A DNA stretch of 64,000 nucleotides from Eledone cirrhosa (taxonomy: Eukaryota), in NCBI GenBank assembly GCA_964016885.1, contig OZ024760.1, positions 29,636,001 through 29,700,000 of the forward strand, in the 5' to 3' direction. The position numbers were made by a program, and so were the translations under genes. Below, piece after piece: positions 62,501 through 64,000 of the stretch (position 1 is its first letter; every line of letters begins with the position of its first letter). The notes beneath the pieces were generated by a model. It was not told the origin of the DNA, made no database searches, and saw only the letters and a program-made list of their open reading frames with translations.

Positions 62501-64000
62501 ATGTAATGTAATGCTAAGTAATGTGTAATGTAATGTAATGTAATGTAATGTAATGTAATGTAACGTAATGTAACGTGTAATGTAATGTAATGTAATGTGT
62601 AATGTAATGTAATGTAATGTAATGTAATGTAATGTAATGTAATGTAATGTAATGTAATGTAATGTAATGTAATGTAATGTAATGTAACGTGTAATGTAAT
62701 GTGTAATGTAATGTAATGTAATGTAATTTAATGTGTAATGTAACGTAATGTAATGTGTAATGTAATGTAATGTGTAATGTAATGTAATGTAATGTAATGT
62801 GTAATTATATGTAATGTAATGAAATGTAATGTAATGTAATGTAATGTGTAATGTAATGTAATGTGTAATGTAATATAATGTAATGTAGTGTGTAATGTAA
62901 TGTAATGTAATATGTAATGTAATGTAATGTAATGTAATGTAATATAGTGTGTAATGTAATGTAATGTAATGTAATGTGTAATGTAATGTAATGTAATGTA
63001 ATGTGAAATGTAATGTAAAGTAATTTAATGTAATGTAATGTGTAATGTAATGTAATGTGTAATGTAATGTAATGTAATGTAATGTAACGTAATGTAATGT
63101 AATGTGTAATGTAATGTAATGTAACGTGTAATGTAATGTAATGTAATGTAATGTAATGTAATGTTATGTAATGTAATGTAATGTAGTGTGTAATGTAATG
63201 TAATGTAATGGAATGTAATGTAATGTACTGTAATGTGTAATGGAATGTATCGTAATGTAACGTGTAATGTAATGTAATGTAATGTAATGTGTAATGTAAT
63301 GTAATGTAATGTAATGTGTAATATAATGTAATGTAACGTGTAATGTAATGTAATGTAATGTAATGTAATGTAATGTTATGTAATGTAATGTAATGTAGTG
63401 TGTAATGTAATGTAATGTAATGGAATGTAATGTAATGTACTGTAATGTGTAATGGAATGTATCGTAATGTAACGTGTAATGTAATGTAATGTAATGTAGT
63501 TTGTAATGTAATGTAATGTAATGTAATGTAGTGTGAAATGTAATGTAATGTAATGTAATGTAATGTGTAATGTAATGTGTAATGTAATGTAATGTAATCT
63601 AATGTAATGTAATGTAATATAATGTGTAATGTAATGTAATGTGTAATGTAATGTAATGTAATGTAATTTAATGTAATGTAATGTAATGTGTAATGTAATG
63701 TAATGTAATGTGTAACGCAATGTAATGTAATGTAATGTAATGTAATGTAATGTGTAATGTAATGTAATGTAATGTAATGTAATGTGTAATGTAATGTAAT
63801 GTAATGTAATGTAACGTGTAATGTAGTGTAATGTAATGTAATGTAATGTAATGTAATGTAATGTAATGTGTAATGTAATGTGTAATGTAATGTAATGTAA
63901 TGTAATGTAATGTAATATATGTAATGTAATGTAATGCAATGTAATGTAATGTAATGTGTAATGTAATGTAATGTAACGTGTAATGTAATGTAATGTAATG
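23507..64000. repeat. Giant (TGTAA)n pentanucleotide satellite with TGTGTAA and single-base variants, >40 kb, runs off the window
   Basis: Direct inspection; the only non-repeat interruption seen is the SINE at 56505-56690. Confidence 0.99.
56505..56690 (-). mobile_element. SINE family 1, full length, inserted in the satellite
   Basis: Matches 3441-3628 and 16213-16399. Confidence 0.95.

Noticed and set aside
23507-64000. Dozens of long YITLH-repeat ORFs (up to 934 aa)
   Set aside because: (TTACA)n has no stop in any frame, so the ORFs arise automatically, overlap in all frames and are not kept in frame by the heptamer variants.
23507-64000. Telomeric repeat
   Set aside because: TGTAA does not match TTAGGG or TTAGG and the array is too heterogeneous.

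Overview
Eukaryotic, AT-rich animal DNA; the SINE families resemble those I recall from octopod cephalopods (inference). Three zones. (1) 1-17.2 kb is a nest of retroelements. It holds a near full-length Penelope-like element (RT plus C-terminal GIY-YIG, Naiad-like) with an inverted pseudo-LTR, interrupted by two SINEs and a CsRn1-type Gypsy LTR element, plus RTE LINE fragments, a second PLE fragment, MITE remnants and SINEs. At least eight type I hammerhead ribozyme motifs from three sequence families sit here, mostly in inverted pairs next to (TA)n. One family carries a compensatory U3-A8 core, and two independent copies share a 3-nt deletion at the predicted cleavage site. (2) 17.3-23.5 kb is the 3' part of an unrecognised minus-strand gene: four clean GT-AG phase-1/phase-1 exons, three of them paralogous modules with a QT motif, and a probable terminal exon. 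Most introns are filled by a different tandem repeat. (3) 23.5-64 kb is a >40 kb (TGTAA)n satellite that starts at a splice acceptor, has kb-scale higher-order duplications and carries one recent SINE insertion. The long YITLH-type ORFs are repeat artefacts.
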